Source: Thermoplasmata archaeon
Lineage (GTDB): Archaea > Thermoplasmatota > E2 > UBA202 > JdFR-43
Direction of reading: 5' to 3'
Assembly (NCBI GenBank): GCA_021162815.1
Contig: JAGGXW010000003.1
Location: 3,542 to 67,541 of the forward strand
DNA length: 64,000 nt
Part shown: positions 35,835 to 46,171 of the stretch, in pieces
Numbering within the stretch: the first letter of the stretch is position 1
How the letters are laid out: every line of letters starts with the position of its first letter
The notes under the pieces: model-generated
What the model was told of the DNA's origin: nothing
The model's database searches: none
Seen by the model: only the letters and a program-made list of their open reading frames with translations
Translations under genes and position numbers: made by a program

Positions 35835-36812
35835 ATGAGGAAGTTAAGAGAGATAAGGGAGAAGGGCCACATCATGCCCTGGAGAATGTTTAAGGTGACC
35901 ATGCGCGCCTTGCCACCACTGGTAAAGGCAATGGTAAAGCATCCTGTAATGATAATCAAGAGCAACATGAATGCAAAGAAAATGATGGCAGAGATGAAAT
36001 ATGAGCTGCCATATGAAATACCCGTGTATAAACCAGGTATGCCCTACTGCAAATCAAATAAGAGGTATCTCAGGCCAACCCATCTATGCAATCCTCATGC
36101 ACCTGAGATAGTAGCCCTTGCCAACGAACTTGGAGCATTCCAGCTTGATGATTATGAATATGCGGAGAATGTTTTCAACTTTGTCAAAAACAACATAAAA
36201 CTTGCATTTGTCGGGCTGGATAGAGAGGTGGATACTTTGAGAAGAGGAGCCGGAACATGCGTTCATCAGCTTTCATTGCTTATTGCACTTCTCAGAGCAG
36301 GATGTGTTCCAGCAAGATACAGGCTATACAGTCTTGCCGTGGTTGAATCTCTTTATGAAAATGAGGTGAAAGCATCTGAAGTGGTTAGAGAATGGTATGA
36401 TGCGATGGGGGCCTTCATGCTTCATGGCACTGGAGAGGTTTACATAGATGGTGAGTGGCTTACGGCTGACCCAACATTCACGCCAGCCTACGAAGCAGCC
36501 ATGGGATTGCCACTTGCAAAGTTTGGCGAGGATCCTGTTGGCGTGTGGAACTTCCCGGTTGAGGGAACAGTAATGAGACTGGAAGGTCTGCCTTATGGGG
36601 CTGGAGCAGCATGGAACATCCTTGCAAATTTCATTGCAAAGGGAGAGAGGCTTAAGATAGACATGAGTATGGAGAGGGCAAGGGAGGAAGGAAGAAGGAT
36701 ACTTGAAGAGATGGGAATGGAAGCATATGATGAGATGGTTAGGAGGAAATATAAGGCAAAGATACCAAAAATAACCCTGGAAAAATCTCCACAGCTTGTA
36801 TTCGTAGATTAA
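35835..36812 (+). CDS. Transglutaminase-like cysteine protease superfamily protein
   Basis: Core motif GAGTCVHQLSLLIALLRAGCVPARY with downstream His/Asp candidates. Translationally coupled to the upstream gene by a 2-nt gap. Confidence 0.6.
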   Translation: MRKLREIREKGHIMPWRMFKVTMRALPPLVKAMVKHPVMIIKSNMNAKKMMAEMKYELPYEIPVYKPGMPYCKSNKRYLRPTHLCNPHAPEIVALANELGAFQLDDYEYAENVFNFVKNNIKLAFVGLDREVDTLRRGAGTCVHQLSLLIALLRAGCVPARYRLYSLAVVESLYENEVKASEVVREWYDAMGAFMLHGTGEVYIDGEWLTADPTFTPAYEAAMGLPLAKFGEDPVGVWNFPVEGTVMRLEGLPYGAGAAWNILANFIAKGERLKIDMSMERAREEGRRILEEMGMEAYDEMVRRKYKAKIPKITLEKSPQLVFVD

Positions 36813-36872
36813 GGAAAGCCGAACAAAACGTATTTAAATTTATTCCCTTTTCCTATTTGGAGGTAAATAAAA

Positions 36873-38486
36873 ATGAAATCTAAAATGCTGGCAGTATTTG
36901 TGGTTGCTGCAATGCTTGCAGCGGGTTTTGTTTCTGCAATTAACATGCAGATAGAGAAGAAAGAAATAAGAATAACAGGTGTGGCATCAGGCAATAGCTT
37001 GAGTGTTGCAGTGCACAAAATAAAGCCAATGAATCTTGCCATGGAAGGAAAGGAGATAAAGAATGCATTTCATCCTGTGGCAAGAACCACGGATATACCT
37101 GTAGGAAATCAAGAAACGACGGAGATGCATCCTACCGTTGCTACAGATGGCAAGGTTTATTTTGCGGGATATACAAATTCAGAGGATATTCTCACACAGG
37201 ATATATATATGGCATATTCTCCAGATGGAACAAACTGGCAGCCAACAGGGTACTGGAACATAGATGGAGTTGAGGATTATCCATCCTTTGATTACTGGGG
37301 AAATGGAAAGTATTACGGAACATTCCAGCCTGATCCAAGCACTTCCTATCAGTATCTCATGAACGCATCTGACATAACTGATCCAAGCACATACAGTCTT
37401 GTTTACTGGGACTGGAGCAGCTATGGATGGTATGATTTTAAAGAGCCTGCCATAGCATGTGACGGCAGCCAGAATCCATGGGAATATGGATTTATAGCAA
37501 CAATAGCATCAACAACCTACACTGGTTATGAATGCACAAATGCTCCTCATATGTTCTTTGCAGACCCGGAGGATTCAAATAGAGGTTATATAAGCTGGTA
37601 TAACACATACAATAACACAATGCACTGCGATGTGGATATTGATACCTCAACTCATATGGGTTACGCAGTTTATGACTGGCTCAATGAAAGCAGCAGCAAG
37701 TGGACAATCCTTATCTGGGAGAGAAGCTTTGAAGATCCTTTAAATGGAGACAGCACAGTTATTGAACTGAACAGTCAGCACAATGACCAGGTTCCATCTG
37801 TTGGAGCGGCAGGTGGATATGTTTACATAGCATGCCAGGAGGATTATAATATACCCGGTAAGAATGACATAGTTTGCTATTACAGCCATGATGGTGGCGT
37901 CACCTGGGAGGAGAGCGTTATAGCAGGAGATCCTGCAAAGGATGAGATGTATCCAAAGATTATTGCCTATGGCGACAGCGCAGCCTGCATATATCTCATG
38001 GATGGTGATGTGTACTATTCATTTACCACAGATGGAGGAGCAACATGGAGCGAGCCTGAGAAGGTAAATGATAATGCTGGCTCTGTTGTAATGGAATACA
38101 GGTCTGCAATGCTTGCCAAGGGTGGAGCCGTAATGTGGACAGATAATCAGGCAGGAAATTATGACGTGTATTATGACAATGTTGGAGTGCCATCAGCTCT
38201 GATTACCATAGAGGGCATAAAGGGAGGATTTGGAGTAAGTGCAACCATAAAGAACATTGGAGGAGCAGCTGGAAAGAGCATACCATGGAGCATAAAGTTT
38301 GATGGACTTGTTTTCCTAAACAAGGAGAAGAGTGGAACAGTTGATATAGCTCCTGGAGAGGAGAAGACAATCAGCACAGGATTTGCCCTTGGAATAGGCC
38401 CTGTCACAGTAACAGTAACAGCAGGAAGTGATACAGCAACTGCCAAAGGATTCATGCTTGGTCCCCTTGTGCTGGGACTCAAGTAA
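36873..38486 (+). CDS. Secreted BNR-repeat (sialidase-like beta-propeller) protein with C-terminal CARDB-like domain
   Basis: Signal peptide. BNR motifs YSHDGGVTWEES and FTTDGGATWSEP. C-terminal beta-sandwich pattern. Confidence 0.6.
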   Translation: MKSKMLAVFVVAAMLAAGFVSAINMQIEKKEIRITGVASGNSLSVAVHKIKPMNLAMEGKEIKNAFHPVARTTDIPVGNQETTEMHPTVATDGKVYFAGYTNSEDILTQDIYMAYSPDGTNWQPTGYWNIDGVEDYPSFDYWGNGKYYGTFQPDPSTSYQYLMNASDITDPSTYSLVYWDWSSYGWYDFKEPAIACDGSQNPWEYGFIATIASTTYTGYECTNAPHMFFADPEDSNRGYISWYNTYNNTMHCDVDIDTSTHMGYAVYDWLNESSSKWTILIWERSFEDPLNGDSTVIELNSQHNDQVPSVGAAGGYVYIACQEDYNIPGKNDIVCYYSHDGGVTWEESVIAGDPAKDEMYPKIIAYGDSAACIYLMDGDVYYSFTTDGGATWSEPEKVNDNAGSVVMEYRSAMLAKGGAVMWTDNQAGNYDVYYDNVGVPSALITIEGIKGGFGVSATIKNIGGAAGKSIPWSIKFDGLVFLNKEKSGTVDIAPGEEKTISTGFALGIGPVTVTVTAGSDTATAKGFMLGPLVLGLK

Positions 38487-38575
38487 TCTTTTCCCCTCTT
38501 TTTTGATTTTTAATGGCTTTTTTGAAATATCTCCCAAATCTTAAAAATGTTTATTAACTTCATTCATTTTCTTGC

Positions 38576-40306
38576 TTGATGTACATTCGACAGCCAATTG
38601 TAGCAGTCCTCGGTCATGTTGACCATGGAAAAACAACATTGTTAGATTACATAAGAGGCTCTGCCATAGCTGCAAGGGAGGCAGGCGCCATTACGCAGCA
38701 TATTGGCGCCACTGAAGTACCGCTTGATGCTATAGAAAAGATTTGCGGAAACCTGCTCAAAGGAAAGAAGTTTAAGATTCCGGGGCTGCTATTTATCGAC
38801 ACCCCAGGACATTTTGCATTCATGACTTTGAGGGCGAGAGGTGGTGCTCTTGCTGATATAGCTGTGCTGGTTGTTGATATAAACGAAGGTATACTTGATC
38901 AGACTGAAGAATCGATAAAAATACTTAAGAAGTACAAAACCCCCTTTGTTGTTGCTGCCAATAAAATAGATGCCATACCGGGATGGAGAAAGGTTGATGG
39001 AATCATTTCAAAAAGAATTGAACAGCAAAATGATATGGCGAAGAAAGAGTTTGAGGAGCGATTGTATAAACTCATAGGAGGACTGTATGATAGGGGTTTT
39101 TCATCCGAGAGGTATGACAAAATAAGGGATTTTACAAGAAACATTGCTGTTGTTCCCATCTCTGCAAAAACAGGGGAGGGCATACCTGAATTGCTTATGA
39201 TACTCATAGGACTGGCACAGAGATATCTTGAAAAGAATCTGGAGAGCGAGGATAAGGCAGGAGAGGGGACAATACTGGAGGTTAAGGAAGAGAGAGGACT
39301 TGGAACGACGGTGGATGTTATTGTTTACAATGGGACCATAAAAGCAGGTGATAAGATTGTTGTTGGTGGGAGAGATGGTGCATTCATAACGCAGGTTAGA
39401 GCATTGCTTAAGCCCAAGCCACTGGATGAAATAAGGGATCCAACTGACAAATTCCAAAATGTTAAGGAATGCATAGCAGCATGCGGAATAAAGATTGTTG
39501 CTCCAGAGCTTGAGAGAGCGTTTGCGGGCGCCCCCATAAAGGTGCTTGAGAATGAGGAAGAGGATATCAGGAAGATAGAGAAGGAGATGAGAGCAGATAT
39601 TAAAACAGATGATGAGGGAATAATTGTAAAGGCTGATGCCCTCGGCTCTCTGGAGGCTCTTTCATTTTTACTCAGGGACAAGGGAATAAAGATAAGAAAG
39701 GCTGAGGTGGGGGATATTTCGAAGAGGGACATAATGGAGGCAACCACAAATGCAGACAGACTTAATAAAGTAATACTGGGATTCAATGTCAGAGTTCTTG
39801 AGGAAGAGCATGAGGATGTGGAAATAATTGTTGATAGAATAATATACAAACTTCTTGAGAAATTTGAGGAGTGGAGAGAGAATAAGAAGAAGGAAATAGA
39901 GGAGGAGAGGAGAAAGGAGATAACATATCCCGGAATGATTTTGCTTTTGCCTGACTATGTATTCAGGGTGAGCAAGCCAGCCATAGTTGGGGTGAGGGTG
40001 GTTGCGGGAGAAATAAGAACGGGGCAAAAGCTCATAAGAGATGATGGCAAGCAGGTGGGGAGAATAAAGAGCATTCAATCTGACAAGAGAAGCGTTCAGG
40101 TGGCAAAGCAGGGAATGGAGGTTGCCGTTGCCATAGAGGGAGCAACAGTTGGAAGACAGATAAAGCCAGGGCAGACGCTGTTTGTGGACATTTCTCAGGA
40201 AGAGGCAAGAAAGTTGCAGGAAATGGAACTCTCTCCAGATGAGGCAGATGTGCTCGACAAACTAATAAAAATAAAAAGAAAGGAGAACAAATTATGGGGG
40301 GCATAG
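38576..40306 (+). CDS. infB: Translation initiation factor aIF5B (IF2 homolog)
   Basis: GTPase motifs GHVDHGKTTLLD, DTPGH and NKID, plus the characteristic C-terminal beta-barrels. Confidence 0.9.
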   Translation: MMYIRQPIVAVLGHVDHGKTTLLDYIRGSAIAAREAGAITQHIGATEVPLDAIEKICGNLLKGKKFKIPGLLFIDTPGHFAFMTLRARGGALADIAVLVVDINEGILDQTEESIKILKKYKTPFVVAANKIDAIPGWRKVDGIISKRIEQQNDMAKKEFEERLYKLIGGLYDRGFSSERYDKIRDFTRNIAVVPISAKTGEGIPELLMILIGLAQRYLEKNLESEDKAGEGTILEVKEERGLGTTVDVIVYNGTIKAGDKIVVGGRDGAFITQVRALLKPKPLDEIRDPTDKFQNVKECIAACGIKIVAPELERAFAGAPIKVLENEEEDIRKIEKEMRADIKTDDEGIIVKADALGSLEALSFLLRDKGIKIRKAEVGDISKRDIMEATTNADRLNKVILGFNVRVLEEEHEDVEIIVDRIIYKLLEKFEEWRENKKKEIEEERRKEITYPGMILLLPDYVFRVSKPAIVGVRVVAGEIRTGQKLIRDDGKQVGRIKSIQSDKRSVQVAKQGMEVAVAIEGATVGRQIKPGQTLFVDISQEEARKLQEMELSPDEADVLDKLIKIKRKENKLWGA

Positions 40307-42159
40307 ATATATTCCCCTATGAGCCGAGAGAAAACCAGATAAAAATAATGGAGGATATACTCTCTGCCCTATCAAATAAAGAAAATTTTATATTCAACGC
40401 TCCTGCAGGCAGCGGAAAAACAGCATGCGTTTTGTCCTCCTCCTTAAAATTTGCACTGGAGAATGGCAGGAGAATAATATATCTCACAAGAACAAATTCT
40501 CAGCAGAGACAGGCCATAAAGGAATTGAGGGCAATTTCCAGAAAAATTGATTTCAAGGCCATTGCAATCCAGGGAAAGGCGAACATGTGTTTGCTCATAG
40601 AGCAGATGCCATCCATGAAGGAGGGCAGCAATGAGGATATATCACGACTATGCAATGCCAGAAAGAAAAAGAGCATAGAGCATCTTAGAGGCATAAAGCA
40701 TGAGAATAGATGCACCTTCTTTGAAAATTTCATAATGAACAGGGAAAAACTGATTTTTTCTGGCATACTCTCAGCGGAGGAGATGATGGAGTATGGGAGA
40801 AAGCATGGAATATGCGCCTATGAGATAAATAAATTGAATATATCAGATGCAGATGTTGTTGTGGCGCCATACACATACATATTTGATCCATCTTTGAGAG
40901 AGAAATTCATATCGTGGTATGGTGGTAGATTTGATGACACAATACTCATAGTTGATGAGGCTCACAACCTTCCTGATTTTGCAAGGGAAGTGATGAGTGT
41001 TTCTTTATCCATCGGCACCGTAAAAAATGCGATGAAGGAGTATGAGGAGTATAACATTTCGGATGAGATTATATTTGAAGTCCTTGTCCTGCTTGCAGAA
41101 CTCATGGAGGGAATGGAAGAGGAACTTAAATTTTCAGAAACGGATGACATGCTCATTGAGGGCAGAATTGAAAGGGAGATGAAGGAAAGGGGTTTTGGAA
41201 GGGATAACCTAAAAAAGGTGGCTGAAGGCATGATGGTATATGGTGATGTTGTATCTGATATGAAGGAGAGCCAGAACATGTTGCCCCGCTCATATCTCAG
41301 AAGTACGGGAAATTTCATTGATATGTGGCTGGATACAGATGCCAAGTGGGTTAAGATAGCGGAAATGGGGACGAGAGGGACAAGAATAGAGGCATACTGC
41401 ATGGAGCCTTCTGTGGCCACATCCGTCATCAATAATTTTTACTCCAGCATTCACATGTCCGGCACATTGGAGCCAGTGGAGGAGTATGTGATGAGCATAG
41501 GAATAGAGGGAAAGATTGCCAGATATGGCTCTCCTTTTCCGGAAGAAAACAGAAAGGTTGTTTATGTTAAGGGGGTCACAACAAAATACTATATGGGCGA
41601 TGAAATGCTGTCCAGAATAGCTGAAATGGTTGTTAACACAGTCAATAAAGCGGGAAAAAATACACTCATATTCTTTCCCTCCTACTCTATAATGGAGAGA
41701 TTTTTATCCCTGCATCCAGAATTCAATTTAAAGGTTTTTGTGGAGAGAAAAAACGAAAAGCATGTTCAGCTTATCAAAAAAATAGATAGTTTTCGTAAGC
41801 ATGGGGGTGTTTTTCTTTCCGTGATGGGCGGCAGGCTGGCGGAGGGAGTGGATTTTCCGTCGGATGAGCTTGAGATGGTGATAATATTCGGCATACCATA
41901 TCCTCCTCCCTCCTCAAAGATGTTTGCACTGCAGCATTACTACGATAGAAAATTCGGGAATGGATGGAAATATGTTGTTGAGGCAAAGGCTGTGAGAAGA
42001 ATCCTGCAGGCTGTTGGAAGGTTGATAAGGAGTGAGAATGACAGGGGCATTGCCATAATAATGGATGAGCGGGCAAAAAGATTCACAAAATACATTGAAA
42101 TGGAAGAGGTTTCCTCTCCTGCAGAGGTTGTAATGGAGTTTTTCCAAAAAATAAAATAA
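40294..42159 (+). CDS. xpd: XPD/Rad3-family 5-prime to 3-prime DNA helicase with FeS domain
   Basis: Walker A APAGSGKT, DEAH-box-like VDEAHN, and four Cys in the insertion (MCL, LCN, RCT, ICAYE) consistent with the XPD 4Fe-4S domain. Confidence 0.8.
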   Translation: MGGIDIFPYEPRENQIKIMEDILSALSNKENFIFNAPAGSGKTACVLSSSLKFALENGRRIIYLTRTNSQQRQAIKELRAISRKIDFKAIAIQGKANMCLLIEQMPSMKEGSNEDISRLCNARKKKSIEHLRGIKHENRCTFFENFIMNREKLIFSGILSAEEMMEYGRKHGICAYEINKLNISDADVVVAPYTYIFDPSLREKFISWYGGRFDDTILIVDEAHNLPDFAREVMSVSLSIGTVKNAMKEYEEYNISDEIIFEVLVLLAELMEGMEEELKFSETDDMLIEGRIEREMKERGFGRDNLKKVAEGMMVYGDVVSDMKESQNMLPRSYLRSTGNFIDMWLDTDAKWVKIAEMGTRGTRIEAYCMEPSVATSVINNFYSSIHMSGTLEPVEEYVMSIGIEGKIARYGSPFPEENRKVVYVKGVTTKYYMGDEMLSRIAEMVVNTVNKAGKNTLIFFPSYSIMERFLSLHPEFNLKVFVERKNEKHVQLIKKIDSFRKHGGVFLSVMGGRLAEGVDFPSDELEMVIIFGIPYPPPSSKMFALQHYYDRKFGNGWKYVVEAKAVRRILQAVGRLIRSENDRGIAIIMDERAKRFTKYIEMEEVSSPAEVVMEFFQKIK

Positions 42160-42179
42160 TGAATGCATGATATTGTTGC

Positions 42180-43508
42180 ATGATATGTCCTCTTGACTTT
42201 AGATATGGCAGGGATGAAATAAAAAATATTTTCAGTGAGGAGAGCCGGCTGCAGTACTGGCTGAGGGTGGAGGCAACACTTGCCAAGGCTCATGCGCATG
42301 TGGGAAATATTCCCAAGGAAGCTGCAGAGGAGATAGAAAAGAAGGCAAATCTGAAGTATGTTAAGATTGAAAGAGTTAAGGAGATAGAGAAGGAGATAAG
42401 GCATGATGTCATGGCAATGGTGAAGGCTCTTGCCGAGCAGTGTGAGTACGGAAAATATATACACCTGGGAGCAACATCCTATGATATAGTGGATACATCA
42501 AATGCTCTTCAGATGAGAGATGCTCTGAACATAATTGAGGATGAAATGAAAAAACTGCTGAAAACCCTCCTCTCCCTTGCAAAAAAATATAGAAACACTG
42601 TCATGATTGGAAGAACTCATGGACAGTTCGCTCTTCCCATAACATTTGGTCTGAAGATGGCCGTTTTTGCATCCGAGGTGGGAAGGCATATAATGAGGTT
42701 GAGGGAAGTAAGAGAGGAAATATCAGTGGGAAAAATGTCAGGTGCTGTTGGTACAGGAGCTGCCTTCGGAGAAAAATTCTTTGAAATACAGGATTTTGTC
42801 ATGAAGGAGCTGGGTTTGAAGGCAGAGATTCCCGCAACCCAGATTGTTGGTAGAGATAGATACATATCTCTTTTCAGCCTTCTTTCAAATATCGCTGCCT
42901 CCATGGAAAAGTTTGCCACAGAAATAAGAAATCTTCAGAGAAGCGAGATAGGAGAGGTGGAGGAATTCTTTGAAAGCAGCAAGCAGGTTGGCTCCTCAAC
43001 AATGCCTCATAAAAGAAATCCAATAGTGTGCGAGCAGATAAGCGGGCTTTCCAGAGTTATAAGAAGCAATCTTATCCCCGCCTGGGAGAACGCTATACAG
43101 TGGCATGAGAGGGATTTAGCAAATTCGTCATCAGAGAGATTCATAATTCCCCATGCTCTTGTGCTGACTGACTGGGTGGTATATCAGATGAACAGGGTAT
43201 TCTCAAACATCGTTGTGAATGAGGACAGAATGAAGGAGAATATAGAGAAAAGCATGGGCCTGCCGATGGCGGAGGCTGTCATGATAAAGCTGGTGGAAAA
43301 AGGAATGAGCAGACAGGATGCTCATGAGCTCTTGAGACAGTGTTCAATGGAAGCAAGGGAGAGAAAAGTGCATTTGAGGGAGGTTCTTAAAGATCACGGA
43401 ATTGATAAAAAGATTGATGTGGATGAATTGTTCAGGCCTGAGAATTATACTGGAAAGGCTGGAGAGATTGTGGATATGGTTGTTGAGAAATTATCCAAAG
43501 AAATCTGA
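42180..43508 (+). CDS. purB: Adenylosuccinate lyase
   Basis: Fumarate-lyase signature region (GSSTMPHKRNP) and a PurB-like N-terminus. Confidence 0.9.
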   Translation: MICPLDFRYGRDEIKNIFSEESRLQYWLRVEATLAKAHAHVGNIPKEAAEEIEKKANLKYVKIERVKEIEKEIRHDVMAMVKALAEQCEYGKYIHLGATSYDIVDTSNALQMRDALNIIEDEMKKLLKTLLSLAKKYRNTVMIGRTHGQFALPITFGLKMAVFASEVGRHIMRLREVREEISVGKMSGAVGTGAAFGEKFFEIQDFVMKELGLKAEIPATQIVGRDRYISLFSLLSNIAASMEKFATEIRNLQRSEIGEVEEFFESSKQVGSSTMPHKRNPIVCEQISGLSRVIRSNLIPAWENAIQWHERDLANSSSERFIIPHALVLTDWVVYQMNRVFSNIVVNEDRMKENIEKSMGLPMAEAVMIKLVEKGMSRQDAHELLRQCSMEARERKVHLREVLKDHGIDKKIDVDELFRPENYTGKAGEIVDMVVEKLSKEI

Positions 43509-44843
43509 TATATCGAAATCAAGCTTATTGAGCATGTTTATAACCCTGCTGTCCCCTCTGAATTCATAATTATTCATGAAAAATGATATTCCTCCCATCA
43601 TGAATCCCCCAGAAAATGCTCCATGCCTGAATTTATTCATTCCATCTACATCTATGAGGGCGGAGACACCCATGAACGGGGCTGATGCCTGAGAATAGCT
43701 TCCCGCCTTGTATATATCATTTCCTATGAAATCTATTATTGCTGCAAATCCCATTTTTCCTGCATATCCCTGAGAATTATCTCCTGCCTGATAGTAGTCA
43801 TCTCCTTCCATGTTGAGAAGAATTGCAACTCCTTTGTTATTGCTCCCTGTTGCAAATGCCTGAGATGCATTTCTGGCAAGAAACATGTCATTTCCGGAAA
43901 GATCTATGAGAGCTGAAACCCCATCGAAAGAGCTTGCCTGCGAGAAATTTTTTGCATCGTATATGTCATCTCCCGATACATCAATCAAAATGGAGAAAGA
44001 CGACTCGGAATAACACTGCGTTCTCTCATTTCCTTTGTAGATATCACATCCAGATGCATCAAATAGCAAGGCAAGGCTGTTGTTATAGGAGGAGCATATG
44101 CTTCCATTGTATCTGTCATTTCCGTTCAGGTCCATGGTGAGGGCAAAGCCGTTACTGGCAGTGCATGTGTTAAGATAATTATCATTGCCTTCCTCATCAT
44201 ATATTACACAGCTTCCGTTTATGGAGTCAATATTTCTGTATTTATCATTACCCATGGAATCAAAAATGAAGGAGTTGTTCATATTTCTGTAAATATCATC
44301 TCCACCTGTTTCTATTATGAATCCGGGAGATGTATAAACATCATTTTCCTTTCCGCCTATCACAAACAGGCCATATGGCCCTCTCACTGTGGATGAATTT
44401 ATTTTTTCAATTATTGGAGCAGTTTCTCTTATTGCATTTATTATTCTGAACATGGAATTCATGTTATTCTCATTTGCCGTTTGAATATAGGAGTAGATGA
44501 GAAGGGCTATTGCCGCTCTCTGCTCCTCAGTTAATGATAAGGAATTTACAAACTGCTCTACCTCTGTGCCGTTGTACTCCATTCCCGTAAAATTGTAGTA
44601 GTCCTTCATTGCCTTTGATAACCAGTTGTTGCTGTCTTCTCCATTTATCACTATTAAATCCTCATATATGTTACCAGAGGAAAAGAAATTATTTTTTATT
44701 GCCATGCCAAAAGAGTGAACAAATCCTGTTATGTCCTCCTTGCTTGGTAGATCCTCTATATTAATATCGCTCTTTTCATAACCATGGGATGGCTGGTCAA
44801 CCAGCAGGACAATTAATATGAGGAAAGGAATAATCTTTTTCAC
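43491..44843 (-). CDS. Secreted protein with about nine tandem ~22-aa repeats (predicted beta-helix/beta-roll)
   Basis: Signal peptide, then the recurring unit [aliphatic]-[aliphatic]-D-x-S/G-G-N/D-D-x-Y-x4-SQA-x5. Confidence 0.55.
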   Translation of the reverse strand: MKKIIPFLILIVLLVDQPSHGYEKSDINIEDLPSKEDITGFVHSFGMAIKNNFFSSGNIYEDLIVINGEDSNNWLSKAMKDYYNFTGMEYNGTEVEQFVNSLSLTEEQRAAIALLIYSYIQTANENNMNSMFRIINAIRETAPIIEKINSSTVRGPYGLFVIGGKENDVYTSPGFIIETGGDDIYRNMNNSFIFDSMGNDKYRNIDSINGSCVIYDEEGNDNYLNTCTASNGFALTMDLNGNDRYNGSICSSYNNSLALLFDASGCDIYKGNERTQCYSESSFSILIDVSGDDIYDAKNFSQASSFDGVSALIDLSGNDMFLARNASQAFATGSNNKGVAILLNMEGDDYYQAGDNSQGYAGKMGFAAIIDFIGNDIYKAGSYSQASAPFMGVSALIDVDGMNKFRHGAFSGGFMMGGISFFMNNYEFRGDSRVINMLNKLDFDISDFFG

Positions 44844-44874
44844 TTTCTATTAAAACATCAATCCTATATATTCT

Positions 44875-45102
44875 TTATGAAAGATGCTTCAATTCTTCCA
44901 GCTCTTCTTCCAGTTTCTTTATCTTTTCCTTTATCTTCTCAAGCTTTTTCTCATATTTCTCCATCAGCTTATTGTATTTCTTTTCGTTTATCTCGTGCTT
45001 TCTCTTCTTCAAATCCTTTATATCCTCTCTTATCATCGCCCTTATTGAGTTCAGATCTTCAATCTTATCCTGGATTTTCTCCTTTCTCTTGTTTGCATCC
45101 AT
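44875..45102 (-). CDS. Hypothetical K/E-rich coiled-coil micro-protein
   Basis: 75 aa with continuous heptad character. The mirror ORF on the + strand is Leu/Ser/Pro-rich and implausible. Confidence 0.3.
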   Translation of the reverse strand: MDANKRKEKIQDKIEDLNSIRAMIREDIKDLKKRKHEINEKKYNKLMEKYEKKLEKIKEKIKKLEEELEELKHLS

Positions 45103-45140
45103 GATAGTAATATAAATCTATAAAAAAAGCTTTATGATTT

Positions 45141-45779
45141 ATGAAAGTTAAAAGATTACTTGGTTATGGAATGGAATCAAATGTTTATCTGATACTTGAC
45201 GAAAAAGTTGTTATGATTGATACCGGAACAGGATTTGAACATGAAGAATTGATGGAAGAGGTGAAAGAAATTGTTTCACCAGATAAAATAGATTATGTGA
45301 TAATAACCCATGAGCATTTTGATCATTGCGGGGGTGTGAAGAAAATTAAGGAGGAAACCATGGCGGAGATAATGATGCATGAAATTGCCGCTGAAATTGT
45401 GGAGAGCGGAAATTCAATATATGCATCCTTTTTTGGAGCAAGCCAGGAAAAATGCAGTGTTGATGTTAAATTCAGAGGAGGGGAAGTGCTGAATATTGGA
45501 GAAGGAAAACTCAAAATAATATATACGCCAGGGCATTCTCCGGGTAGCATATCCATATATGAGGAAAGAAGCAGAACATTATTCTCGGGAGATACAGTTT
45601 TTTCGGGGGGCTATGTTGGAAGAACTGATTTTTATGGTGGTGATATCAATGCTCTTGGAAAATCCATCTTGAAACTGGCGGAACTGAATGTTGAAACCCT
45701 CTGTCCCGGACATGGAGAAATGGTGGAGAATGGCGGAGAGCATATAAGAATGGCTCTTTTCTATCTCAATCTTCTATGA
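45141..45779 (+). CDS. MBL-fold metallo-hydrolase
   Basis: HEHFDHCGG motif plus downstream His/Asp ligands. Confidence 0.8.
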   Translation: MKVKRLLGYGMESNVYLILDEKVVMIDTGTGFEHEELMEEVKEIVSPDKIDYVIITHEHFDHCGGVKKIKEETMAEIMMHEIAAEIVESGNSIYASFFGASQEKCSVDVKFRGGEVLNIGEGKLKIIYTPGHSPGSISIYEERSRTLFSGDTVFSGGYVGRTDFYGGDINALGKSILKLAELNVETLCPGHGEMVENGGEHIRMALFYLNLL

Positions 45780-46143
45780 TTGGTTTATATGAAGAGATTT
45801 TATCTATTGCCTCCTCTATATTCTCCACCTTTGTTACAAGATAATATGATATCTTTTCCTCTCCTCCCTCTATTCTGCTTACCTTCATTATATATCCATC
45901 CTTGCCTTCATAGATTATCTCCTTTTTCACTTTCTCCTGACTTTTTTCCGGGTTTTTCTCGGTCATTTTGTTCTCCAGTCCCTCATCAATGAGTCTCTCT
46001 ATTTCCTTTAAGCTCTCCTTTGCTCTCTTTTCCCATGTCTTTTCCTTCAGTTTATCCTCCATACCAGAAAAGTATTCTTCCTCCATCTTCCTTTTCCTTT
46101 CATAAGGCAATGAGAATTCAGGCAGTACAAATTCCTTAACCAT
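45766..46143 (-). CDS. Hypothetical charged protein downstream of SRP54
   Basis: 125-aa Lys/Glu-rich ORF with no recognisable family. Confidence 0.35.
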   Translation of the reverse strand: MVKEFVLPEFSLPYERKRKMEEEYFSGMEDKLKEKTWEKRAKESLKEIERLIDEGLENKMTEKNPEKSQEKVKKEIIYEGKDGYIMKVSRIEGGEEKISYYLVTKVENIEEAIDKISSYKPIIED

Positions 46144-46171
46144 GAGAATTATTCAAGTAGCATTTAAAAAA

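Noticed and set aside
44877-45104. Plus-strand mirror ORF of the K/E-rich micro-protein
   Set aside because: Its Leu/Ser/Pro-rich translation is the typical shadow of a Lys/Glu-rich coiled-coil gene on the other strand.
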